From: an uncultured Gemmatimonadota bacterium | Lineage (GTDB): Bacteria > SM23-81 > DAOVCL01 | Assembly: GCA_964626665.1 (NCBI GenBank) | Contig: CAZVGK010000014.1 | Location: 1 to 64,000, forward strand | Direction of reading: 5' to 3' | Length of the DNA: 64,000 nucleotides | Part shown: positions 29,078-41,150 of the stretch, in pieces | Layout: the number at the start of each line of letters is the position of its first letter | How positions within the stretch are numbered: position 1 is the stretch's first letter | Made by a program: the position numbers and the translations under genes | Notes under the pieces: model-generated | The model's input: the letters and a program-made list of their open reading frames with translations, nothing else | Databases searched by the model: none | Told to the model about the DNA's origin: nothing

Positions 29078-29629
29078 TTATTCTGACTCCTTCTCCAGTT
29101 CCCCCAAAACGGTATCGGTCAGATCGAACTCCTTCTTGGCAAAGGCAATATTCCCATTGGCCGCATCGAAGATATAGTCGTATCCCCCCTCATTGGCTAT
29201 CTTCTCCAAAACCGCGTTTATCTTATCCAAAAGGGGTTTGGTCAACTCAGTATTTCTCTGCTCTGCCTTTCCCCCTGGGCCAAATATCTGGTTTACATAC
29301 TGTTGATATTCGTCCCTCTTCTTCTGAAGTTGATCCTCTTTCTCCTTCCTCTTCTCATCACTGAGGAGTAATTTCTGGCTCTCCAGCTCATTCTGTAGGT
29401 CACTGACCTCCTTGGAGAGCTGATCGGCCTGCTTCTGCCACTCCCCCACTTCCTTGTCATATTTGGCCTGAGCATCTGTAAAGCCCTTAAACTCCTGCCT
29501 AATCCTTATCGAATCTATATAACCAAGCTTAAGGTTCTGGGCCAAGCCAGTGGCTCCCCAGCTAAGGAGCAATAGGCCAACAACCAGGACCAAAGCCTTC
29601 CTCACCCATGCCCGGCGGTAAAAGAACAT
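29078..29629 (-). CDS. skp: Periplasmic chaperone Skp/OmpH
   Basis: Signal peptide, KLGYIDS, coiled coil, GYDYIFD, DLTD.VL. Confidence 0.92.
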   Translation of the reverse strand: MFFYRRAWVRKALVLVVGLLLLSWGATGLAQNLKLGYIDSIRIRQEFKGFTDAQAKYDKEVGEWQKQADQLSKEVSDLQNELESQKLLLSDEKRKEKEDQLQKKRDEYQQYVNQIFGPGGKAEQRNTELTKPLLDKINAVLEKIANEGGYDYIFDAANGNIAFAKKEFDLTDTVLGELEKESE

Positions 29630-29782
29630 TTCCCCTCCTTTTTGGTTTAGCCTGAATTATTGTATCATCTCAGATAGCCGAGGCTCAGCCTCGGAGACTG
29701 AATTATCCATAAAATTTCAAATCCCAAGACTTGACGCCCTTCGGGCAGGTTCTATGGGACTCAGATTAACGCAGAGCCTTAG

Positions 29783-30050
29783 GATTACTCAGGTCACACT
29801 ATAGTTTACACATTGGTAGCTCAAGTGTCATTGCGAGGAGCACTTCGCTATTGCTCAGCACAGGCTCCGCGACGAAGCAATCTCATAGCCTAAGCCCCCA
29901 TTTAACGTTTTGGCTTGCTTCGCTGCGCTCGCCCCGTTAGATAATTTCTGCCAATCTCGGAATCCAGCGAAACGTCATTGATATCTAACAGGGCTCGCAA
30001 TGACAAGCAAAATCTGTGTTCAAAATGGAAATTCCAATACTTTCAAGTCG
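29783..30050. repeat. Second composite palindromic repeat between bamA and skp
   Basis: ATTACTCAGGTCACACTATAGTTT, GTCATTGCGAGG...GAAGCAATCT, CTCGCAATGAC, AAAATGGAAATTCC...TTTCAAG tail. Confidence 0.7.
29932..29993. mobile_element. 62-bp CCCCGTTAGATA-type MITE, TSD CTCG
   Basis: CTCG|CCCCGTTAGATA...TATCTAACAGGG|CTCG. Confidence 0.72.
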
Positions 30051-30052
30051 GT

Positions 30053-32311
30053 TTAAAAGGCTCTCCCCACCTGGAAGTGGGGATGCCAACCTCCTAGATC
30101 CCTGTCCAAACCATAGCCAAAGTCAAACCCAATCACCCCCAACATAGGCATGACAAACCTTACCCCAGCTCCCACTGATTTGTAGAGCTGAAAGGGAGTA
30201 ATCTCCCTTCCGGATAACCAACTGTTGCCGGCATCGGCAAAGAGCAAAAGGTAGAGCTGTTGCTCGGCCAGGGGGAACCTGTATTCTAAATTAAAGACCA
30301 AAACGCTCCTTCCTCCAATCTCCACCCCATCCTGGCGGGGGCCGATGGACCGATCATCATATCCCCTAATCATTCCGTCAAAGCTTGTCCCCCCGGGGAA
30401 GAACCTCTCCGAAAAGGGCACCGTGGATGGCGAATTGTACCCATCAACCACTCCAATTTTCCCCCTCAGGGAGAGGACCCATTTCCATAGGATGGGAAAG
30501 TGCCATTGGGCCTCAAATATCTCCTTGTAATAGCTCACATCCCCCCCCCAGAGGCCTCCGGCCAGCTCGCTGCTCAGGGAATGATAGGTGCCCTTGGTGG
30601 CAAACTGGGACAGATCCCTGCTGTCCCTCTCCAAGGTGATAGTTGTCGAGGAGGTTATCTTTGGCCAGCTCTGCTTGCTCAGATCATACTCCGGGTTCTG
30701 GATGGCCTTATAAATATCCGAGAAATCATAGAATCTGATCGATTCAACCTTGTACTTAAGGTAAAGCCGGAAGTAATTGTCGGGGAACTGCAGCCGGCGG
30801 CCAAACCGCACTGCGCCCCCCTTTCTTTCCTCTGTGTAGTAGCTCGTCCATATGCGGGTGTTCTGATAGAGGTCCAATCCTACTGTGGTCGGGGTATCCC
30901 TGAACCAGGGGATGGTGTAGCCGAAGTTGAAGTTTCGGGTGCGCTTGCCGAAGTCGGAGCTTAGGTCCAACCTCTCCCCGCGGCCCAGGAAGTTGGGCAT
31001 ACTGAAGCTGGCCGTGCCCACCAATTTGTCCGTCTCCGAATAGCCAAAGCCCGCCGAGACCTGTCCGCTAAATTTCTCCTTTACCCTGAGGATGAGGTTG
31101 ATATTCCCATCTGGTAGGGTTTCAAAATCTGGGGTCACATTATCGAAGTAGTTGAGATAGGTAACGTTTCGCAAGCTTCTCATCAGGGCTGCCCGGCTAA
31201 ATATCTGCCCTGGTTTGATGACCAGCTCCCTCCTAATCACCTTCTCCCAGGTCTTGGTGTTCCCCTCTATGATTATCTTCTCTACCTTAGCCGGTTCTCC
31301 CCCCTCAATTTTATAGAGGACATTTAGCTTGTGGCCAACTCTTTTGGTTTGATCTTGAATCTGGGCGTAGATATAGCCCTTATCCTGGTACAGCGTATAG
31401 AGGTTGCCCAAGGACTTCTCATACCTCTCCTGATTAAATACCTGGCCAGGCTCAAACTTTAACTGTTTCCGCAACTCCTGCTCAGAGAATAGCTGGGCAC
31501 CCTCAAAGGAGACCTGGCCAAAAAGCCACCGGGGTCCCTCCTCCACCTGCAACTTGATAAACATATCCCTCTTACCTGGGGCAAACCAGATGGAGTCGGA
31601 GAGCACCTTGGCATCTATATAGCCCTTTTTCCTATAAAGCTCTACGACTTTTTCCTTGTCTTTCCGGAACTTCTCCTCATCAAACTCCCCTCCCCTCCAC
31701 CACCTCTTTTCCTTAGTCTCCATCTGGCCTTTTATCATCCCCGCGGGCAAAAATTTGTTTCCCACTATCTCTATCCTCTTCACTCTTACCCTTTTGCCTT
31801 CGGTAATCGCGAACTTGAGGATTGCTCCCCCCTTGGTGGGAAGAACCTGGGGCTTAACCTCGGCCAGGTAATAGCCCTCCTTTCGGTAGAGGGACTCTAT
31901 CCTTTCCACATCCCCCTTGACCTCCCCAGGCTTAATCAACCCTCCCTCCAGGGAGGAGATGGTCTCCTTCAACTTGGCGGAGTCGAATTTTTCGTTGCCG
32001 GAAAACTCTACCCTCTCCAACTTGGGGTACTCTTTCAGCTTAAGGAGCAGCACAATCCCCTGAGAGCTCTCCTCTCCCTCCACCCGCACATCACTGAAGA
32101 GGCCCAGTCCATACAATCTCCTGATCCCCTCCCTGATCTCATCTGCACCCACCACATCACCAATCTTCAAGCCAAATGTGGAGAGGATCAAGGCCCGATC
32201 CGCAGTGAGGTTCCCCTTCACCTTGATCTCCTGTAAGCTAAGAGGCTGCGCCTGAGCGGAGAAGGAGAAGAGGATAAGGGTTAAACCAACAAGACAGATC
32301 CCCCCTCTCAT
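30053..32311 (-). CDS. bamA: Outer membrane protein assembly factor BamA
   Basis: POTRA repeats (GNTKT...VIRRE), IRGYD motif, C-terminal Phe. Confidence 0.96.
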   Translation of the reverse strand: MRGGICLVGLTLILFSFSAQAQPLSLQEIKVKGNLTADRALILSTFGLKIGDVVGADEIREGIRRLYGLGLFSDVRVEGEESSQGIVLLLKLKEYPKLERVEFSGNEKFDSAKLKETISSLEGGLIKPGEVKGDVERIESLYRKEGYYLAEVKPQVLPTKGGAILKFAITEGKRVRVKRIEIVGNKFLPAGMIKGQMETKEKRWWRGGEFDEEKFRKDKEKVVELYRKKGYIDAKVLSDSIWFAPGKRDMFIKLQVEEGPRWLFGQVSFEGAQLFSEQELRKQLKFEPGQVFNQERYEKSLGNLYTLYQDKGYIYAQIQDQTKRVGHKLNVLYKIEGGEPAKVEKIIIEGNTKTWEKVIRRELVIKPGQIFSRAALMRSLRNVTYLNYFDNVTPDFETLPDGNINLILRVKEKFSGQVSAGFGYSETDKLVGTASFSMPNFLGRGERLDLSSDFGKRTRNFNFGYTIPWFRDTPTTVGLDLYQNTRIWTSYYTEERKGGAVRFGRRLQFPDNYFRLYLKYKVESIRFYDFSDIYKAIQNPEYDLSKQSWPKITSSTTITLERDSRDLSQFATKGTYHSLSSELAGGLWGGDVSYYKEIFEAQWHFPILWKWVLSLRGKIGVVDGYNSPSTVPFSERFFPGGTSFDGMIRGYDDRSIGPRQDGVEIGGRSVLVFNLEYRFPLAEQQLYLLLFADAGNSWLSGREITPFQLYKSVGAGVRFVMPMLGVIGFDFGYGLDRDLGGWHPHFQVGRAF

Positions 32312-32634
32312 TTGTTTTTCTTTGGTGATTTGATCTTCTTCACCAAAAGTTGGGTATATTCCTGGCGATGGCCAAGTTTACGGCGATACTTTTTCCTCCG
32401 TTTAAACTTAAACACGGTTACCTTCTCCCCCCGCCCATGGGAGAGGACCTCGGCGGAGACCAGAGCCTCCTTTAGATAGGGCGAGCCCACCACAATCCCC
32501 TGAGAGGTGGAGAGAAGAAGAACCTTATCCAATGTATACTCCTTCCCTGGAGGAACATTTAGCTTAGGAACCCTTACCCTTTCCCCCTCCCTCACCTTTA
32601 ACTGTTGGCCCGAAGCCTCAACAATGGCATACAT
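32308..32634 (-). CDS. rplU: 50S ribosomal protein L21
   Basis: MYAIVE..GQQ.KV..G, KFKRRKKYRRK.GHRQ.YT. Confidence 0.97.
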   Translation of the reverse strand: MYAIVEASGQQLKVREGERVRVPKLNVPPGKEYTLDKVLLLSTSQGIVVGSPYLKEALVSAEVLSHGRGEKVTVFKFKRRKKYRRKLGHRQEYTQLLVKKIKSPKKNK

Positions 32635-32680
32635 CCTTCCCCCTTTTTGTCCCCAAATATAAAGGCTGAATTATAGGGTG

Positions 32681-34201
32681 TCAAGGCATAAATTCCTCAG
32701 TAACATCCAACTCATCCTTGGCCAAAAGGAACCTGTAGCTGTCGATCTTTTGGGAGGGATCGGCATCCACTTCCAATTTCCGCCTTGACTCCTTGCACAA
32801 CTTCTTCAATCTTTGCCTCTTAGACTCCAAGAGATAGTCTGACACGGTGGGATGCACCTTAAGCCTAAGCCTCTTCTCCTTGAGGCCCCCCTTGGCTCGT
32901 TGCAGCCACCTCTCGATCTTGGCCATCATCGTCACCCGGGAGAGAACCCGCCCAGTTCCATTGCAGACGGGACAGGCCTCGGAAAAGGTATAGAGAAGGC
33001 TGGGCTTTATCCTTCCCCTGGTCAACTCCACCAGTCCAAAATCACTGATGGGAAGAATGCTTACATTGGCCCTGTCCCTCTTAAAGGCCCCCCTAAACTC
33101 CTGGTAAACCTTTTCTCGATTCCTCCTCCCTTCCATATCGATGAAGTCAACAACTATGATCCCCCCTATATCCCGCAGCCTAATCTGCCGGGCGATCTCC
33201 CTTACTGCCTCCAGATTGGTGCGCAGGGCTGTCTCCTCTAAATTATCCCTTCCTACATAGCGGCCGCTGTTCACATCAACTGTCACCAGGGCCTCTGTAT
33301 GATCAATGACGATATAGCTACCCCGCTTCAACCAGACCTTACGGTCAAACATCCTCTCTATCTCTTTCTCGATACCATAGAAGTCGAATATCGGTTCCTC
33401 ACCCTTGTAATACTCCACATTAGGCTTCAATTGGGAGGAGACCAACTTTAGGTAGGAGAGGATTCGCCTATATTCCCTCCTGGAATCCACCACCATTCTC
33501 TCCACCTCAGAGGAGAAGAGGTCCCTGACCACGCTGGAAGTAATTCCCATATCCCGGTGCAGGAGGGCTGGCCCTTTCTCCTTCCCAGCCCTCTTGGTTA
33601 TCTTCTTCCAGCTCTTCAACAGCCTGTTGATATCTGCTCGGAACTCCTTCTCCCCCTTCCCCTCCCCCTCAGTGCGCACAATTAGCCCCATCCCCTCTGG
33701 CTTAAGAGGAGCCACCAACTCCTTTAACCTCCTCTTCTCCTTCCAATTAGCAATCTTCCTAGAGATACCTAAGTGATCCTCCCCGGGGAGGAGGACGGTG
33801 AAGCGTCCCGGAATGGCCAACTGGGTGGTGAGCTTTGGGCCCTTGCTTCCAATGGGTTCCTTGGAAATTTGCACCAGAATTACATCCCCTGCTTTGAGCA
33901 TTTTCTTCCCTCGCCGTTGGCCTTTCCCCTCCAATTCCCTTGCCTCAAACTCGCCCAAAAATGGGCTATAAGACCTATCCGTGAGGTCGGATAGAGGAAG
34001 AAATCCCCTTTTGGGGATGCCAATATCCACAAAGGCGGCTTGCATTCCGGGAAGGACGGAGGTGACCTTTCCCTGGTAGATCATCCCCACCATCCTCTCC
34101 TCCTCCGGTCTCTCCACAAAGAGCTCGGCTAACTTACCCTCCTCTAAGATGGCTATCCTGGATTCATTTGAACCCACATTAATGACTATCTCTGTTTTCA
34201 T
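32681..34201 (-). CDS. rng: Rne/Rng family ribonuclease
   Basis: S1 domain LPGMQAAFVDIG, DVNSG, LRDIGGIIVVDFIDM, CPVC.GTG. Confidence 0.93.
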   Translation of the reverse strand: MKTEIVINVGSNESRIAILEEGKLAELFVERPEEERMVGMIYQGKVTSVLPGMQAAFVDIGIPKRGFLPLSDLTDRSYSPFLGEFEARELEGKGQRRGKKMLKAGDVILVQISKEPIGSKGPKLTTQLAIPGRFTVLLPGEDHLGISRKIANWKEKRRLKELVAPLKPEGMGLIVRTEGEGKGEKEFRADINRLLKSWKKITKRAGKEKGPALLHRDMGITSSVVRDLFSSEVERMVVDSRREYRRILSYLKLVSSQLKPNVEYYKGEEPIFDFYGIEKEIERMFDRKVWLKRGSYIVIDHTEALVTVDVNSGRYVGRDNLEETALRTNLEAVREIARQIRLRDIGGIIVVDFIDMEGRRNREKVYQEFRGAFKRDRANVSILPISDFGLVELTRGRIKPSLLYTFSEACPVCNGTGRVLSRVTMMAKIERWLQRAKGGLKEKRLRLKVHPTVSDYLLESKRQRLKKLCKESRRKLEVDADPSQKIDSYRFLLAKDELDVTEEFMP

Positions 34202-34958
34202 TCTCTCTCCTTAAAAATCTCAAAGCCCCCTCCACCTCATTGAGGTCAACTAAGGTATTAAAGCAGGGCCCATTTGGCCTCTGATTCAACACCCCAAAGA
34301 CGGGGATGGGGTAGGTCTCTTGGATGCCGGAGACCATATCCCGCTCACAGGCCACAGCAACGATTACTGAGGGCCTCTTCTCTAGGACAACCTTCCGGGC
34401 CAAGGTTCCCCCGGTAGCAATGGCAATGTCTGCCCCATATTTTTCCGCCAAACCGATCAGGTTACCTATGGGGCACTTCCCACACCGGCGACAGTTGGCA
34501 AATGTGGAGGTAACCCGGTAGGGACAGTCAAAGTTCTGCAGACAATGGGGAAGGAGGAGCAGGATCCTCTTCACCAAAAGCCTTGCCCTGGTAGCCTTCA
34601 CCAGGGAATTGTTCACCGCCACAAAGGAGTTTCTCACCTTTTCCCTTGATATCCCCAAAAGGGGACCCAACCCGGTGACTATGGGAAAGAGAACCCTTAC
34701 CGTAACCTGCTTTTTACCATGAGGGAAGAGAAAATCCTTCTCGGTAATGGCAGAGAGAAAGATGAGGAGCAACCCCCCCACCACTACGGAAACAAAAAAA
34801 CCTAACCCCAAGCCGACCAAAATGGGAAGCCAGGGGTGGATCTGCTTCAGCCTAGGGGAGACAAGCCAAAAGAGGAGTCCCACGGCCAGGGCCAAGGCCA
34901 AAATACTTAAAAAGGATAGGCCAAAAAAAATCCGCTTTTCCCCAATCCTCACGGCCAC
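34179..34958 (-). CDS. DUF116 domain protein
   Basis: LLLPHCLQ...C, C.RCG.C.I, ATGGT.AR, AVACERD, GPC.NT. Confidence 0.9.
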   Translation of the reverse strand: MAVRIGEKRIFFGLSFLSILALALAVGLLFWLVSPRLKQIHPWLPILVGLGLGFFVSVVVGGLLLIFLSAITEKDFLFPHGKKQVTVRVLFPIVTGLGPLLGISREKVRNSFVAVNNSLVKATRARLLVKRILLLLPHCLQNFDCPYRVTSTFANCRRCGKCPIGNLIGLAEKYGADIAIATGGTLARKVVLEKRPSVIVAVACERDMVSGIQETYPIPVFGVLNQRPNGPCFNTLVDLNEVEGALRFLRRENENRDSH

Positions 34959-35884
34959 TATCCCAAGAGCTCCCCGTGCGCGGGCCTGTACCCGCGGAGG
35001 AATTCCTCCCCCTTCATTCTCCTCTTGTCCTGGGGCTGTACCTCATCCAAGGAGAGGAGCCCATTTCCAGCGGAGACCACAAAACTTTTATCGGTGAGGA
35101 TAACCCCCCCAGGTTCTCCTGGGGGTAAATCCGCATGGAAACGGCTCACCCTGTGGATCTTGAGGACCTTTCCCCGGAAGTAGGTAAAGGCCCCCGGCGC
35201 TGGATTGAGGCCCCGCACCAGGTTCCTTATACCTTCCGCGCTTCCCCCCCAATTAATTAGCCCATCTGCCTTCTTTAGCCTCCGAGCAGGGGTGGCCTCC
35301 CCCGGCAACTGTCCCTGGGGCCTTGCCTTTCCCTGAGCGATAAGCTCCACAGTCTCCAGGAGGACCTCCGCCCCCCACCTGGCCAGCCTTTCCGCCAACT
35401 CCCCCGCCGTCTCCTGGTCACCAATCTGGGCAGACCGCTGGAGGATTACCCTTCCGGTATCCACTCCCTCATCGATGAAAAAGGTGGTCACCCCGGTAAC
35501 CTTTTCCCCCCTTATGATCGCCCAGTTGATCGGAGCTGCCCCCCGGTAACGGGGAAGGAGAGAAGCATGAAGATTTATGGTCCCCTGAGAGGGGGTGGTA
35601 AAAACCTCCGGGGGAAGGATGCGAAAGGCCACCACCACCCCCAGATCGGGCCTAAACCCCCTTAACCTCCCAAGAAAATCGGGGGATTTAAGGTCCTCCG
35701 GCTGCAGGAGGGGAATTCCCTGCTGCAGGGCATACTCCTTTACCGGCCCAGGCATCAACCTCTTCCCCCTCCCCCTGGGCCTATCCGGGCGGGTCACCAC
35801 CCCCACAACCTGATGGCTGCTTTGGAGGAGTAGATCCAGGCTGGGCACGGAGAACTGCGCACTGCCCATAAAGAGTACCCTCAA
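34958..35884 (-). CDS. fmt: Methionyl-tRNA formyltransferase
   Basis: VVT.PDRP.GRG, NLHASLLPRYRGAAPI.WAI, D.G. Confidence 0.96.
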   Translation of the reverse strand: MRVLFMGSAQFSVPSLDLLLQSSHQVVGVVTRPDRPRGRGKRLMPGPVKEYALQQGIPLLQPEDLKSPDFLGRLRGFRPDLGVVVAFRILPPEVFTTPSQGTINLHASLLPRYRGAAPINWAIIRGEKVTGVTTFFIDEGVDTGRVILQRSAQIGDQETAGELAERLARWGAEVLLETVELIAQGKARPQGQLPGEATPARRLKKADGLINWGGSAEGIRNLVRGLNPAPGAFTYFRGKVLKIHRVSRFHADLPPGEPGGVILTDKSFVVSAGNGLLSLDEVQPQDKRRMKGEEFLRGYRPAHGELLG

Positions 35885-36207
35885 TCCTTTGTCCCCCCCC
35901 CTAAATTGGCAGCAATGGCACTTTTTTGGAACTCTATCTTCACATTCTCAGCCACCTTTAAGACCACTATATTCTTCTTGTCATTGATCCCTACTACCAC
36001 TCCTTGTATCCCCCCTGATGTTAGGACCTTGTCCCCCTTCCTTATGCTCCCCAGCATCTCCTGATGTTTCCTCTGTTTCTTCTGCTGGGGAAGTATCAGG
36101 AAAAGATAGAAGATAAGGATGATGAGGATGAAGGGCAGAATGGCCGTTAATCCCCCTCCACTACCTTTCCCCCCTTGGGTTCCCATAGCATAGGCTATTG
36201 CGAACAA
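35881..36207 (-). CDS. yajC: Preprotein translocase subunit YajC
   Basis: IFY.FLI.PQQK, KGDKV.T.GGI.G; GGAGG RBS before TTG. Confidence 0.95.
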   Translation of the reverse strand: MFAIAYAMGTQGGKGSGGGLTAILPFILIILIFYLFLILPQQKKQRKHQEMLGSIRKGDKVLTSGGIQGVVVGINDKKNIVVLKVAENVKIEFQKSAIAANLGGGTKD

Positions 36208-36269
36208 TTTACACCTCCCTGTTTTTGTTTCTTACCCAAATTATTTACAGCAGGACCGCGGCCAAACAA

Positions 36270-36605
36270 TGGCCACAGATTTCACGGATTTCACAGAATC
36301 TATTGAACACGAATGACACAAATAAACGAATCTTCACGAATAAGAATCACCGAGGTGGCAGAACCCCGATTCTGCCACCCTCCCATTGTTTTCAGTTCTT
36401 CTACCCGGTTTAATCCATTTGGAGTGCTGTGACTCCTGTCACAGCCCACGTCGACGGGAATTACCACACTCCATACAAGGGCCTAAAGGCCCTGAACCCG
36501 CACTAAAGTGCGGTAGAAACTGACCTCTCAATCAATGACAGCAAAGGGCTCCGTCATTGCGAGGCTTGTCCCGAGCGCAAGCGAGGGAACTGGCCGAAGC
36601 AATCT
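36270..36605. repeat. Cluster of palindromic and 9-bp-periodic repeats between tgt and yajC
   Basis: CACAGATTT x3, CACGAAT repeats, GGTGGCAGAA hairpin, TGGAGTG...CACTCCA, GTCATTGCGAGG...GAAGCAATCT. Confidence 0.65.
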
Positions 36606-36669
36606 TGTTCTACCTGCCTTTCCCGATCCGTTCCGGTGTGGGACGGGGGGCTCAAGGTTCCCCAGCCAG

Positions 36670-38599
<1,930 letters not shown>

Positions 38600-38600
<1 letters not shown>

Positions 38601-39238
38601 TAGCTGCCCTCTCTTGCTATGAAAGCCAGTAGATTCCCCATCACAGAGAGAAACACCTTATTCCTATATCTCTTTCCAAATAACTCTAACCTTGCCCTCC
38701 TTAAGTTTTCCAGATTTTGAAACCGATAGGAGACGGTAAAAACATCCCTTTCCTTATCTCTAAAATCTTGGAGGTTCAGGTAAATGAAGTCAAGTATAGC
38801 CTTTTCAGGTTCAGCTACCAGCAAGGGCAACCCATTTTCATCTTGGGTTTGGATAAAACCAAAGAACAGCTCAGGTTTCAAGTGTTGATACCTGAATGTG
38901 CCCAATGGGTTCTCAAACTTGGTAGTCTTTTTCGTGGTAACAGAGGTAACATCCCTTACCCTTTCGGGGATTAAATCGTAATAACCGAGGGCATATTCGC
39001 TGCTCACATAAGAGGGAGAATAAAGCGCGTTAGCAATGAAAATCCTTGATGGGTTAACCTTCCTTTCCCTCTCATTAAGGATATACAACCCCCTCCGTAG
39101 CTTAACAACTAGACCTTTCCTCTGCCAAGCAGTCAACCGATTCCTTAAGGAGCGCGGCTTTGAGGTGACATTAAAGAGGTGACTCGAGGAGATAAGGGGA
39201 AATTCTCCAAAAACCTCTTTGAACTCTAAGTACTTCAT
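38600..39238 (-). CDS. abiEi: AbiEi-type antitoxin
   Basis: LRRGLY wHTH, PSYVS.EYAL.YY.LIPE, A.PEKAILD. Confidence 0.88.
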
Positions 39239-39275
39239 TTCTCTAAGTCATCTTTTTCGGTGATTTACAGAAATG

Positions 39276-39308
39276 AAAATAGGGCTTAAGTTTCAACTTG
39301 TCAAGCCC
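39276..39308 (-). promoter_or_regulatory. AbiE operon promoter overlapped by an inverted repeat (probable operator)
   Basis: TTGACA-17 bp-TATTTT; GGGCTT(39282-87)...AAGCCC(39303-08). Confidence 0.65.
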
Positions 39309-39380
39309 TAAATTGGAACTCGCTTTATTTGACTGATACAGAGCAACTCAGCCCAAAATATTATAGAAACTACAGATGAA

Positions 39381-39479
39381 CCCCGTCAAATATACTTTCG
39401 TATTTCACAGGGTGAACCCCGTTAAATAAAAGCAAGCTTGAGAATGTGATGATCTCTATTTCTAAATTATTTAACGGGG
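39381..39479. mobile_element. Two tandem CCCCGT-ended MITEs (39381-39412 and 39417-39479) separated and flanked by TGAA
   Basis: ACAGA|TGAA|CCCCGTCAAATA...TATTTCACAGGG|TGAA|CCCCGTTAAATA...TATTTAACGGGG|TGAA|CACAGAT. Confidence 0.75.
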
Positions 39480-39544
39480 TGAACACAGATTATTTGAGAA
39501 TCTTCAAGAACATAGGCTTTCACCCTTTAGGTGAAAAAGGGGGT

Positions 39545-39814
39545 TAAACTCGATAGTATAGGGAATATATTTTTTAGACAGGATTGACAGGATGATCAGG
39601 ATAAATATAACTCGTCCACCAATGTTACATCTAAGCGAGTTAGTGGGTAGGAGGCATCTCCTGATGTCGATCAAAAGTGTGCTGTCAGGAGTTACCTCTT
39701 CCGCCAGGAATCCCGTCGGAACGGGGCTGACAGCTCTTACAATAATAGAGGGGATAAATAAAAATCCGGTAAATCCTGTTATCCTGTCAAAAAAGTTCCG
39801 CCGCTTACGGCTAA
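39545..39814 (-). mobile_element. TTAG-bounded miniature element, copy C (inverted)
   Basis: Minus strand GAAC|TTAGCCGTAAGCGGCG...; core shared with copy B; far end degenerate. Confidence 0.65.
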
Positions 39815-39937
39815 GTTCATTTTTAAAAACTCTTTATTTTGAATATCTTATGATAATCTCGTGAAATCTCGTGGTTTCCTAACGCATAATCTGGGCTCAG
39901 TTTACAAACCGAGCTGCTCTTTATATTTTTTGCTGCC

Positions 39938-40981
39938 TTAGTGTCTTTGGTGAGGGCGATAGGAGCGTTCGTCGAAATTTGCCATATAGGAGACGATCCT
40001 GGTTTCGTCAGTCCTATCAGGGTTCATTATCCATAGTTCAGAATACCAATATACACTGTAACCATCATTTCTGATGAAAGCAACTTTGTGGCCCTGTGGG
40101 GATGCAACACATCCAAATTCAACTGGTAGATCAATTGAGTTGGCCTCAACCTTCTTGATTCTGTAATCCAGCTTTAGCTGCCGCCTTATGTTTTCTGCAG
40201 TTTTCACAGCTTCGATAGAACCACCATACCCACCAATCCCAACTGGATAGGCTCCGCCACCTCTCGTTATATACGCTGGATAATCCAGACTCTTGGCAGT
40301 ATCACAACCGCTTTTTTCTTTAATTTGAATTGTGTATAGCTTACTTGCCGGGTTAAGTTTCCTACACCACTCAGGGGTAAATGTCATGAGTGTTCTTTCC
40401 CGCTTCCCCTCTTTCAAATTAAATTTCCACAAGTTGTCATTGACCTTCTCCAGGAATTCTTCAGAGGACAGCCAAACCAGGGAAGAGAATTCCCCTGCCA
40501 TGATTTCCCGCATATTTGTCCCATTCTCATCTACCACATAAGTTTTTATCTGGTCACCCCGACCATTTCCATGGTCATCCATCCATACGGAAAAGACCGC
40601 CCTTGTGCTATCTGGTGACCAACTGAATAATCTCAGTTTGCATCTCCTCAAAAGCTTGGCGGTGGTCTCTCTTTTGCCATCCTCCAATTGCAGATCTTGA
40701 AATCCTCTTTGGGATTGAGCTTTTACGAAATGAAAGGCCCTCTCCTCTTTTCTGTTTGCGAATGATCTATCCCCCTTAAGCTCTTTGGCCATTTCTGGTT
40801 TTAAGCCCCTTGCCAGCTTCTTCCAACTCTTCCTTATGGACTCCTTCTTGGTATTTTCGCTTAGAAGAGTATCGTTCAGAGTCGCTAATTCTAAGCCCCA
40901 TATCTGCTTGATGCCTGAATATATGTTGTCAAACAAGTATAAGATTCTCCCATCATCCCTGGAAAATGCGAGGTCTCTTAG
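39938..40981 (-). pseudogene. 3' part of a secreted TolB/beta-propeller-like protein with SPOR-like segment, disrupted by IS1634
   Basis: FSWSPDS, SPQGHKVAF, LWIMNPD; frame runs into the IS end at 40982. Confidence 0.75.
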
Positions 40982-41116
40982 CCCACCTTTACCATTTCTC
41001 CGCCCAAAACACAAAAAATAGGGCTTTTTTAGGGAAGTGGGGTTTGTAACTTATTGTAAATATTGAATTGAGTTCTTTGAAATGTGATTGTAGTGCCCCA
41101 TATAGATATTTTATCC

Positions 41117-41145
41117 TTGACATTGCCCCAAAGACTTATTATATT
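41117..41145 (+). promoter_or_regulatory. Transposase promoter, probably leaderless transcript
   Basis: TTGACA-17 bp-TATATT, 5 nt before GTG 41151, no RBS. Confidence 0.7.
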
Positions 41146-41150
41146 GCCTT

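Noticed and set aside
41015-41040. ORF 39938-41014 as a complete gene
   Set aside because: Its first codons come from the IS1634 end; the true 5' part lies beyond 43073
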